Of a DNA stretch of 64,000 nt, positions 34,532-46,800 are shown in pieces. A program made the position numbers and the translations under genes. Numbering within the stretch: the first letter of the stretch is position 1; every line of letters starts with the position of its first letter. Source of the stretch: Microbotryum violaceum (taxonomy: Eukaryota); the NCBI GenBank assembly GCA_001244265.2, contig CDLV01000006.1, positions 1,302,001-1,366,000 on the forward strand, given 5' to 3'. Under the pieces are notes generated by a model, which did no database searches, had not been told where the DNA came from, and saw only the letters and a list, made by a program, of their open reading frames with translations.

Positions 34532-36666
34532 TGAAGTGAAAGGGGTTCTGCCCGAATCGAGCCTTACCTAGGTAGGCACCCAGGTAGGTGCCATGGCTAC
34601 CTGCCTACTGTCTGCCAATACCAACTCTACTTCAAAGCTAGTCCGACTCTGTAATGTAAACTCTACACGCATGTGCCGTGCAGGGTGCAGAGGCTACCGC
34701 TGCAACGAGAGGTGGTGTGCTCGGTCTTACAAATACCCAGGTAGGGGTAGGTAAGGAGGGCTGTCCGATCGATGCCAACAAGTACCTGCACGTGCTGGGT
34801 TAGCACTACCCACACTTTCAGCAACTCAGTGGCCTGAAGCAATCGTGTTGTACTCCTGATAGGTTTGTAAGAATCGGAGTAGAACCCTGACCTGAGCGAC
34901 AGCTGCCCCACCTAGGTCGATGCGCCGGAAGGCCTAGTCGAGCCAGGCGGCGATGATCGATGATCGGACAATATTTCATTTTGCAAGCCGCGCGCGCTTG
35001 AGGGCGGGACTCCGCGGACGTCAGCGAGAATAGGCACCGTCACCCTGCCACTGCACTCAAAAGGCTCGTAGATGGTCGCGCCATGGCAAGTCGTACCCAG
35101 TCAAAGTGTAGACGAATGGAGCTCGGATGCGTCGGTAGATTAAAGCTATGAATTCAATCCCTTAGATGCCGTTCACGGGGACATGGTAGCTAGGTAGGTA
35201 TAGGTACGCAGTAGGTTCATTAGTCTTGCCAGTCCTCTTTTTCGAGATCTATGGACTCTACTCGTACTTTGAGCATTCGGTAACGAGCCGTTTCAACAGA
35301 ACAGTACCTAGCTTCGCTACCCAGATAAAGTGGAAGGCAGTGCCAAATGGGATCCACTTTGTCGTAGCTAGCTACTTAGGTAATACACCGACGCCAAGTA
35401 CTAGCACCACTGCTCGACCTTAAGTTTGGTTAAGCACTGGGCAAAGCCGGCCGCCGGCACGTGATTGGACCAGCCCGGGGTTAATAGGCAGGACTCGGCG
35501 TAGGTGTGAAAAGCTTGTGCATGGATTTGGGTACCTGAAGCGCTTACTAGGAATATTTTCTTGCTCGGTACGATGACGCTTCGCGGAGTCTGGAGCATGT
35601 CCCTCCAATTTGAAGTCGAACCAACACAACCACTGCCAGTGAGTGTCGAGATTAAATGCACTAGAGAGCGCTTTGTGTGTTTTGGTGACTACTATCCTGT
35701 TCAGGAGCCGAGCCAGCAAGTGAACAAAGGTCTTTTAATTGTGGCCAAAGGGGGCCGGCCAGCGGTGCCTGCCGGCACCACAGACCTCTTGACGCTGAGC
35801 AGACCGCTGGCGTACGCGTGTTCCATCCGTGCTGGCGCCGGGCCCGGGCTCGTCTCCTGGAAGCCGAAGGATGAAGCGCGCGTGCCGCATTAGACCCGGA
35901 AAAGGCATTTCGCACCGTCCATTTATACGACCCTTTGAAACCCCGGCTGGGCTCGCCAGCGCACGCCACGAGAGCGCTCGCGCGCGACTGCGCAAGTTCA
36001 ATCTCGAAAGAGAAATTGCAGCCGCGGGAGAGCGCTGCTACCTTTTCGAGTTAGTCCTGACAAGCACAGCCTCAGGATTTCGAGAATGTTGGCCCCAAAG
36101 GCACTCAATGGTTCTTCGGTTTTGGAGCAACGAATTGTGATGCAATCGCCGAAGAAAGCAAGCGGCGAACGCAGGGCACGGATGGCTATCGCCGCGTGTC
36201 GCGCTCGTTCAGAAATTGTGAGGATCAGAAGCGCGCATGGGGGAGCTGTGATCAGCCTAGCTACGGATCGTTGAGCGCGAAAGGGAAAGCTCGTCGGTGA
36301 TCGTCTTCGAAGATCCCCAGTGAGGAAAATGGCGTCCCTGTGAGAAGAGCTGGCTGCTGTTCGCCCCTTCGGAGGTAGCAGTGGCCTGCCTATGGGAAGT
36401 AGGTCTCCGAAGTCTCTGAGCGACTGGCGCACGCTGACGCCATCAAGTTCAGATCAGTCGATGCCCCATTCCTTTTTTTTGCTCTTGCGCTCAGCTTCTC
36501 CGTGCTGCGTCCGCCGAGTTGCCACGGCGTTACATCGCTTTTCACTTGGACCGCGAACTTCTTGCTTCACTCTGAGCTGGTGGTGATTTCTGGTTGAGTC
36601 TCATCTCCGCCTTTCTGCGCTCGATTCAGACCTTCTCCTGCGAGCACTGCAACTTGCCCGCTTCGT

Positions 36667-38306
36667 ATGCGCCGGCGTCCGAGAACTTCGAGCCACCCTG
36701 CCACTCAAGTTCTGCCCTGGTTCGCACGTACTGCTCAGACATCCCGATTTAGTTGTGGATCTACCAAGTCATCTTCAATGTCACCCAAACTCCCGACTCT
36801 GTCATCATCTACAATCAAGGACGCCACCCTAGCCCTCGGGCTCACCCAGTTGTCGGGCCAACAATCCAACTCGATCTCGGTACCCTCGTCGGCTGCGCCG
36901 GAGACCCTTCGAGCCTTCATCGATCCTCATCATCCACCAGGTAGCGCCGAGGAACAGGATGACGATCATGACTTACCCGCTCTAGAAGGGGGGGTCAGAA
37001 ATTTGAGTGTCAGCTCCGATGGCACCATTGATTCTCTTCTTGGTGAGTCCTACACTGCTTGCTTTCAATGAGCACGGCATGCACTTGCCTGAAGGGCCTT
37101 TTCGCGCTTGGGGGCTGACCCATCAACCATGTGCATCGACCCCGTTGGCCCGCCTTCTCTTAATATGGACTTTCAGATGAAGCTGTGACACCTCCTCAAT
37201 CGCCCATACTGGGCGACATCGCTCATATGACTCCGCCAACGGTCTCGATTCGACGCCCTTCGACAGATCCTGATCACGACGAGTTGGTAGGACCAATTTT
37301 CTCGGAAGCAGGGGTCGCGCCGTGCTGGACTCCAGAGTACTCGACTTTCAAGAAGCCGTCTTTGCTCGAAGTCACTCCTTCAACCCCGCCTCGCGGACAA
37401 GCCGAGTGCCCGTCGGACGGCGACTCCCTTTCCTCGATCTCGCCGACCAAATATTCACCCGGGTTGGCTACTCGTCGCGCGCAGAAGGGCAAGCTGTCGA
37501 CTCGTGCCCTGCTGTCTTTGCAAAAGATGCGGTTCGAGTCGCCGCCCGAGGCGGGTCCAGGACTGGGTGTCGGTCCCGGATCTGCTGGCTTCGACAGTCT
37601 CGGACGAACGCCCAGTCCTCGACTGGAAGAACTCTCCAGTGCCGGCAGCGGAGCCGGAATGGTCTTCCGCCTTGCTCTCGGACTCGGGCAGGAGAGGAAC
37701 TCCATCACACCGACACAAGCTGCGTTCGGACTCACTCCAATCGATGTACCGAGGACCCCGTCCCTGCTCGCTTCGTCGACACGACTTCGCCACCAGAGGT
37801 CGTGGGACTCCTCTACCCGCGATGCGCCTTGGCCTCTCGCGGATACCCTCCCCAATTTGTCGTGCTCGCCTACGAATATTTCCCCTGCATTGCGACCGCT
37901 CAGGTTCTCCTCGCCCTTGCTGTCAGCTTCGCCTCGCGATCGCCAACAGGGTTTCTCACCCCCCTCGACCCCTCAACTCGGTGGACCAGCTTCTCCGAGC
38001 TTGTCACGCACATCGGCTTTTGCATCCGCGTTCAATCACGGACCGTTGGCACCCCTCACGCCATCGCACGTTCCCGGTGCCCCTCTCCTCACCAGCGGCT
38101 CCCAATTCGATTGGCACTCATACGCGGTCCCCGACTCCCCGGTCGGCGCACCCACTCAAGGAAACGTCTCGCCACTTTCGTACTCCCCGGTCACGCTGAG
38201 CAGACCGTACATATGCGCGACACCACCTTTGTCGACTGATCGATCCAATTTTGGATCTCGACCCAAATCGCTCTACACGATACAGTCATCGCCCTTGTGC
38301 GGATGA
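36667..38306 (+). CDS. Ser/Pro-rich hypothetical protein; start uncertain (36667 or 36778)
   Basis: Two long same-strand ORFs joined by a GT-AG intron at about 37042-37175. Confidence 0.65.
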
Positions 38307-38594
38307 ATGAACGACCCGGGGGGTGGCTGGCCCCTTTCCCGGTTCGGGGTTTTGCTATGACGACCCAGCCTCGGGAGATTGCCCGTTCTGTAGCCTTCTT
38401 AACACTCGCTTGTAGCATTTCGTGATTCTGTAGCCTTGGTTTCATCATGCCAGCACTTGTGCCAGGTCTGATCTCGCAGACTGTGATGCGCCTGCGAATC
38501 GCACTCCAGTCAGACCTCTTCTCCAGAATCGGATTCAACACGTCTCATTCGTTGCACACACATAAATCTCTTCAGGAACAATCGAAAGATGATG

Positions 38595-41500
38595 CTAAAC
38601 ACCGAACCCGGACTCGGACTCATTCGCCTCTTGCACCTCTGCAACGAACTCCTTGGCCATCTGAAGCATCTCGTTAACCATCGCATAGCGCTGCCACATC
38701 GTCTTGCCGTGCCAGATGATGTCGTAACACGCCGCTCGCAATTGTTCGAGTTGATCGACGTTGAGTGCATCGGTGCCTTCGCTCAAGTAGTTCCACAGGC
38801 TCTCAACACGGTCGGGCGAAAGGAGGAAGTCCGGGAGGGGCTCCGGTTCAGGGGTCCGACGGTCGACGACGATCGGGGACGACGGCGCAGCAGCAGCAGC
38901 AGCAGGGGCGGCGGGAGCGGGAGCCGGAGCCGAGGCAGATTCAAGATGGGCAATGGGTGATATCGAAGCTCCCGAGGGTCCGGCTATAGCGTTGCCAACC
39001 AAAGGGGCCATCGCGAAAGCAAGCGTTTCGGCGGGGTTGAGGCTGGGTGTGGCGCCTACTGCGATGGGTGTTGGTGATACGCCGTTTGGTACGAGTCCGA
39101 CAAACTGACCACCTGGGAGTGCGGAAGGCAGGATAGGAACGGACGAGGAAGTTGATGTGGTCGAATTCAAAGCGGCATGAGCTCCGATTGTGCCATCGAC
39201 GCCTCGAGGGCGCTTCGAGGGTCCTTCGGCATCAGGCTCTTCGTCGCCGTTGATGGCACTCGAGCCTGGAATACCATCTTCGAAGCGGGCACGTTTTGTC
39301 GACGTTTGCAACTCGCTCGCGGCAATATCATCCTCGCCATCCTTGGGAGCTCCACTCATGCTCACGCGTCGCTCGGCAGTGACGCGGCCGCCTGCAGCAA
39401 CTGCTGCGGCTTTCGCACCGTCAGCAAAGTCGATGGCGGGAGGTGGGTCCCGGGGTTTTCTCGCTTTCGAAAGGCCCTTCTTCTCCTTCTCGATCAATCG
39501 CTCCGACATCTTGGCGCAAGCAGCCTTGAAAGCCGGGTCAAAGTTCTGATCGAGCATGACTCGAGCTCGATTGACCATCTGTCCGGCTTTGATCGGCGCG
39601 TCCTGGTCCGCTTCGGTCCAACGATTGACCTCAGCATTGTATTGAATGCGCAGGATGTCGTCCAAGAACTCATCGGGCGTGTAGTAATGCCCCTTGTAGA
39701 GCCATGCTGCCATCGACTCGAGATTGACGTTAAAGTAAGGCTGCTTGCCGTGGCCGATGATTTCCTTGCCGGCTTGTTGCTGCACGCGTCGCTCGTTCAT
39801 GTCATCGACGATCCAATCGTCGTAGAGCGAACGAGCGAATCGTCGGAACGTCTTTTTGAGATCGCTCAAGATAGGAGTCAATCGCCAAATAAGGTAATCC
39901 ATCAATTGCTTGTCCGCTGCCGTCTGCGCCTCGATCTCTGCCGCGGTGGGCTCGCGTGGCGGTGGTGGTGGGGCGATCGGAAGTTCAGCCAGGACGCGCT
40001 TGCGTCGAGGCATCGCATCAGGGAATTCGTTCGGTGGTCGTCTGACACCGTCAATGACATCGTTGAAGAAGGTCCTGCGTTGCGCCGAGCTCGGTTTCCC
40101 AAGTACAACGCGGTTGTTCTTGACAAAGCCGAACCAACTACGAACATCGGGCGGCAGTTCGTCGAGTTTGCCATCAACGATTGCGAGCAACAAGATCGGG
40201 TCCGATGGATCAAGCCCCTCAAGCAAGCCCTTGATTGTTGATTTGACGGCATCGCTCACGCTCTCGCACCAGGTGATGAGATTCGGGATGAACAAGATCG
40301 ACGGCTTATGGCGTTTCGCCTCGACAAAGAGTTGTACACATGCAGCTTCCATTGTTCGTCCCGAGTCTGACACGAGGGTGGCAAGGTCGAGGCCCTGAAC
40401 GTGGAAGCCTTCGAGATGGTGAAGGGCTGCGGCACCGATGTAAGATTGACCCATCCCAGCCTCGCCGCAGATGAGCATGCGAGGTCGGAAGATGCGCAGT
40501 GTCTCGTAGGCTGCACAAAGAGGATAGGGCCCGATCAGACAAATGACTCGCGCTAAAAGATGTGAGGAATGGGACAGAGAAACGGACCTTGCAGCATCTT
40601 TTCCTTTTCGAATCCACCTCCGTCATCCTCATACTCGGCCTCCTCGAGCACGTTCACCTTCTTGACGTCCGGTAAGACCCTCTTGAGCGCTGTCTTGACG
40701 GCCTCGAGAGAGTCGGAAAGGAGGGGCACGAGCTGCGGAGGCAAGGGCGCGGCGGCCGATGAAGTGGCCCTTGCCGACGAGGGAATCAGGTTCTTTTGCG
40801 AGATGACGAAGTCGCGAGCGGTGACATCGATCGTCGTAGGTTCGATGACGAGCCGCTCGTTCGTCTTATAGATCTGTGGATACGTCCTCTGCACGGCGTT
40901 GAGGGCCGCTTCGGTGCACAGTGCCCTCAAATCGGCACCGCCGTAGCCTTTGGTAAGCATCGCCAGCTCGTCCTTGAACGAGTCCGCGATCGGAGGGTTC
41001 CACCCCGAGGTGTGGATGTCAATGATCTTGCGTCGGCCATCTCGATTCGGCAGAGGGAAGTAGAACTCGCGATCGAATCGGCCAGGTCGTCGAAGTGCAG
41101 GGTCAATCGCATCCGGTCGATTCGTCGCACCAATCACGATGACTTGCCCGCGGCCGTCCATACCGTCCATGAGCGCGAGCAACGTCGAGACGATCGAGGC
41201 ATGAATCTGTTCTTGCTTACTGCTACGCACGGGTGCCAGACCATCGATCTCGTCGAAGAATATAATACTCGGTTGACACTTTTTGGCCTCTTCGAATAAG
41301 AGACGCAGTTGACGTTCGGCTTCTCCGACCCATTTTGACAAGCAGTCGGCACCCTTCCGCATGAAAAACGCTGGAGGGGAACAAGTCCTAATCAGTTTCC
41401 GCACAATACCGCGTGAGTTCTATAGCTGCACCAGTGCCCACATATTTTGCGACCCTCGGTACTGCAACTCGCAGCGAGAGCGCGAGCGAGCAGGGTTTTC

Positions 41501-42924
41501 CCCGTTCCAGGAGGACCATGAAATAAGACGCCTCGAGGCGGAGTTATGTTGAAGCGTTCGAATACCTCGGGGTACAGAAGCGGCAGCGAGACCATCTCCT
41601 TGAGTTGTTGGATGTGTGAGCTCAGTCCACCAACCGAATCGAATGAGACCGATGACGACACGCCCAAGGGATCTGTGTCGGCCAATGCAGCGGGGCCACC
41701 GACTTTGCCGAGATTTGAAGGTGTGCCGGCGAGATCGAGAGGAGCGGCACCACCAGCGAACATGCCGCCAAAGCCACCTGCCGCACCCATGGGGAAGGCC
41801 GAGCCCTTGCGTGGTGTTCCGAAAGGATTTCGACCATCATCGTCGGATGACTAGTTGCGAGTAGGGAAGGAGTCAAAACGACCGGATCAGCGGCTGCTGC
41901 GCTTGAAGGACTCGGGTGAGCAAGTGCGGAAGCGACCTACAGAATCCGACGGAGGGGCTCCTGCGCCTCCCGGGTACAGTACCGACCACTCTGTCTTGCC
42001 CATTTCACTGAACGGCGTCCGCTTCTTCTTCTTCTTGCCCTTACCATCGCCCGAGTTGCCGTTCTTCGTAGCAGTGATGTCCAGCGGGCGATAGTAGTCG
42101 ATCTTGCCCTTCTCGCGCAGCTGCCTGGGCTGGTTCGCCTTGGCCAGTTGGATGTCCGAATCATCATCGTCGTCGTGCAAGTTGAGTTCTTCGACATCCT
42201 CGTCCTCGCTCGTCACGTCACCCGAGTCGAAAGAGACGTCGCTGTCGCGTCGCTTGCTCTTGAACGATTTCTTGTCGTGCGATGACGCGTTACCACCCGA
42301 CTTGGACCTAGTGCTGCGCTTCGATGAGCCGTATCGACGGTCGTTGTCACTCGACATATCGTTGCCGTCCTCTTCGCTGGCGACGAAATCGTCCTTCTTG
42401 TAGCTACCATTCTTCTTGCTGCCTCGACGCAGGGCCCCCTTTTGCTTGAACTTTTCTTTCTCTTCCTCGTCGTCGGTCGACGAATCGTAGACGACGGGGC
42501 GTGAGGTGCGTCGACCGGAAGCGGTGGTGGTGGCGATCTTGACCGCCGGGTCGAGCTTGAAGTCGTCTTCGTCATCCGATTGGACGACTGCTCGCGCTCC
42601 CTTCCTGGCCTTGGGCTTCACCTTGTCCTCATCCTCGTCCTCGTCCTCATCGACGTTCTTTTCATCTTGCTCCATCACGTCATCGCCTTGCCCAACTTTG
42701 TTGCTGTAGTCCTCGTCGTCCGAAGTGTCGACGACGCGACGGGCCTTCTTGTGGGACTCGGTCGGCGCGGGTGGACCGTTGTGGGCGTTGAGTGAGGACG
42801 TTCTCGTCATGCGGGCGGTGGAGGTGGTCGGGTTGAGGGTGATGAGGAAGCTCGGGTCGATGGTGCCGGGAGGTGGGGGTGGTTGCGACGGATGACGCGC
42901 ACTGGCACGCGTCGAGCCGGCCAT
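38595..42924 (-). CDS. YTA7: AAA+ ATPase with bromodomain (YTA7/ATAD2)
   Basis: Acidic N-terminus; GPPGTGKT, IIFFDEIDG, ATNRPD and RPGRFDRE; degenerate second AAA module GEAGMGQ; bromodomain-like YYTPDEFLDDI. Confidence 0.95.
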
Positions 42925-43808
42925 GCAGGGTGGGGCGTGAGCTGGTACGGAGAGGCGAGCTGTCGAAGATGTAGAGGTTGAGGTCGGATGGGTAGATCAA
43001 GGGGTTGTCTAAGAGATTGTTGCACGCTTGGATATGCGAGATGAACAGCGATAAGATGAAGGAGCTCTTCCTCGCGCGCCGACGGTCCCGGCGGTCGAGC
43101 TGTCGCCGGGTCGAGGGGTCCTTAAATGGACTCTGAATGAGTAGAGTCGAAGGAAACAAGTCGATTTTACGAGTGCGTCGCTGCAATGGCGATGCAGGTG
43201 TTGAGAACGATATGAAGCGGCTGAGCGAGATGCACCCCAAGTCACGTCACGAGGAGCCGAAGTGGAGAAGCTGGAAAAGCGTGAGAGAGGGGGGCTGTCA
43301 GCCACGGGGTCGGGAGAGCGGATAAAACTACCGGAGTGACCTGACCCGAGTTGAGGGGTCGACGATGCGCGATCGCAGCCGTGATCAGGGTGCAGCAGAC
43401 CAAGGAGCGCGCGCTGCCACTGCGCCCACGCCGAGAGGAGAGCGGAGAGCGCTCAGAGCAGGCTACTAGCAGGCTCAGAGCTGGTACGAGCTGGTACTGA
43501 GCTGGTGGCGCTCTGTGGCGCTGAGACGGCGCTACGGCGCTGCGGTTGCGTGTCTGCGCCGGGCTCGGTTGGCAGGTTGAACGGTGGCCATTGCACGTCT
43601 TTCTACGTTCATCGTTTTGGAGTCTCGTAGACCCAACCCCCGTCCCTGCACTTCGCAGTCCTCCGACGGCGGCTAGGCGCGGGTTTTTGAATCGATCCTC
43701 TCGCAAAACGGCTCGCGCGTCGGCTAACAGGCCCCTCGCGACGAGGTGCATACGGCCAGCTGCAGTGTGACCTCACTGACGCGTACAAGACAACGCACAC
43801 CGCACACC

Positions 43809-46800
43809 ATGGCACCATCACCAGTAGCTCTCAATCCCGTCAGTATTCGTACATGACTTGTCGTACAACACGTGTATGCATGCACGCTGACCGCGGTGAT
43901 TGGCTCTACAACCTACCCACGTCACTCACGCGTCGTGGACCCCGTTGGCCCGCTCCCCTTTGCAAGGCAACAACACAGTACGCGCTTGCACTCGCCATCG
44001 ACGACCTGCGCCGACTCGACCCGCAACTCGAGCGCGACCAGATCAAGGTCTTGACCACACCGGGCCGCGGATGTAAGTCTTCCAAGCTGATCTGCGCTCT
44101 CGCATTGAACCTGCCTCACGAGTAGCCAGCCACCACTGCTTTGGCCCGCACGTGACTCGAGACCCCCCCACACTGACCTGCCCAGTCGCTACTCACCATC
44201 CTCTCGTGCAGATGGTCAAGTCGAGTGCCTCCTTTGCTCCAACACGACCGAGTTAGATCCCAACAAGGCGCTGCCCGATGGAGGGCTCGCCAATGGGATT
44301 GGCTCCTATCGCAACTTTAAGGCGAGTACCCCTAGCAAATCATTCCCACCCTGCGCGTGCCGAATCCGAGACTAATACTCTCTCGCCCCTCACAGACCCA
44401 TCTCGAATCGACGCGTCACATCGTGGCTCGTAGGGCAAAGTCAAAGCCGTCTTCCACCAGCTCGGCCACACCGGTCCCAAAGTCGAACCCGGCCGCCGCC
44501 GGCACTTCCTCCTCAACGACCAAAGCCGACCCCAAGTCGGCGCTCCTGTCATCGGACTCGGATTCGGATTCCGACAAGGGTGATCCTTGGTCGTCTTCGT
44601 CTCACGCGAAACGTCGCAAGGCAGCTGCACTCGATTCCGACGCCGACTCGGACCTCGAAGTCGTGCCCAAATCGGCCTCCTCGATCGCACCCGTCAAGAG
44701 ACCTCGCACCTCGCATCCGGACCCCGTCGACCCAGCCGCCGTGGCTCAACTCAGCAAAGATCTTAAAGAGTTTGCGGAAGCAATTGTGGCCGGCAAGATC
44801 AATCGTATCGCGGTCGTGCAGCAACGTTTGGATCTCAAGGTCCGAGCCAGGGCTCTAGGCGTCGACTGGGACAAGACCTTCGCTCCCCTGTTCTACCCTG
44901 CAGGCCACGCTGCCGGTGCTGTACCGAGCGCCTCGCAAACCCCTTCGACCTCGATGAGTGCAACCCTGGCGAGGCTACAAAGTGCTACATCGGCAATTCC
45001 GAACCGATTCTCGTCCTCGTCCTCGTCTTCCAAGTCCCAGTCCGCAAACAAGGAATCATGGTCCTCTTCACCGTCCTCCGCATCGTCCATACCGAGCTCG
45101 TCCGGGCGCTACACGTCCAAGGAGAAGTACAACGCCCTCGAAGCGGCGAAGCAAAGGATCAGGGAGAAACTTCAGCGACAAAAAGAAGAGATGCAAGGCA
45201 TTCGACGCAAGTCAGACATCGCTCCACCTCCTCCGCCGGCCCCACCCTTGTACTACGAACGAGCGACACCAGCCGCTCAGGCAGCCGCGCCCACGGTGCC
45301 GCCTGCATCTTCTGCCCAATCTGCGTCCCTGATCCCCGACATGCCCATGGTCCGCGATCCCTTCGCGTCGCAAGGCTCTTGGACTTATACGACCGTCAAG
45401 TACGAACCTCCTTCCGCCTTGGCCAGCCGTCGCCCTGGTCCGTTCGTCCCTTCCTTGAACGACTACTCGGCGGTCGAACACGACCATGGGATGCCTTCCA
45501 ACTCAACTTTACTGGCATTGCAGCGCCAACCCTCTCATGGTGCACTCGCCGCTGTTGCCGCTAGCGGTCGCGAAACCAAGGTCGGAGCTCCGGCCGTCAA
45601 TACCGCTCGCCCGCGAGCTGGCGGCTTCAGTACTGCGGTACGCAACATGTTGCTCGAGGCCCAACTCAAGCGCGACCAAGAAGCGGCACAAAAGCGTCGC
45701 GAATTCCAGATGAAGGAACAACATGCCCGGGAGGCGACGATGCGCGAGGCTCGAGAATACCGAGAAGCTCTGCAGCGCGCGAACCAAGAGATCGCTCCTT
45801 TGGCCGACGCGTCCACGTCCCAGGGTAAAGCTGCCTCGCATGCCGATCATCTTGCCTCTTTGGCTGAGATGGCCGCGAGGAGGTATTGGCGCCCCGAGGA
45901 AGGCATCATCGACTCGACGCTCGATGCCTTGTCCGTCACGCAGCTCAACATGAACAGAGCCGATCCGGACGAACAGAATGAAGAGTTCCGCGTCAGGCAA
46001 CAGGACATCGACGAGTGGTTCGCGCCGGCGCGTCAGACGACCCATCATGCAAGTGTCACGGTCAAGCATGCGGCGAGGACTTTGGGCCTTGAATCGCATC
46101 AGTCCATTTTGCCAGGTTTCAAATACCCTCTGTGCGAGTTCCAGATCGTTTCTGTCGCGTGGATGGGACAACAAGAGGAGAGCAAGCTGAGTGGCGGGAT
46201 CAACGCCGACGAGATGGGACTGGGCAAAACGGTGCAAATGCTCGCGGTTATGGCCAGTCGTCGATCCAAAGATAAAGAGATCTGCACCAATCTTGTTGTT
46301 CTCCCCCTGGCGTTGATCGCGCAGTGGGAGAATGAGATCGCCAAGTTTGTTGAAGGGTTCAAGGTCCACGTCTACCACGGCTCGAAAAAGGCCAAGACGG
46401 TTGAGGAGTTGACCAAGTATGACGTTGTCTTGACGACCTACAACACTCTCGCTGGCGAGTGGCAAGATCCTGCTAAAGAGGCTTCAGGTCATGGATTGCT
46501 CTTCAAGCTTTGCTGGTATCGTATCGTGATTGACGAAGCTCGTGAGTTTCTACTTTGCGAGGTGCTGTCGCGGCGGCATAGCCAACTAACTACCTTGCGA
46601 TCCCATTACCAGACTTTATTCGAAATCGTATGACGAAGATGTCGCGAGCATGTGTCGAGCTCGACGGAGTCTTCCGTTGGTGCCTCACCGGCACGCCAGT
46701 CATCAATTCTTTGGCCGACTACTTTCCTCTTCTCAAGTAAGGAAGAATGTCAAGTGTCGAGCGTGCTGACAGAACGCTGAAGCTCTTAGATTTGCGTCTT

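Noticed and set aside
34565..35420. TAGGTAGG/CTAG-rich region with small hairpins as a MITE
   Set aside because: No paired termini or TSD could be identified
28256..46465. Long antisense ORFs (e.g. 28256-29185, 39177-40241, 45509-46465)
   Set aside because: They shadow well-supported genes on the opposite strand, as expected in GC-rich coding DNA
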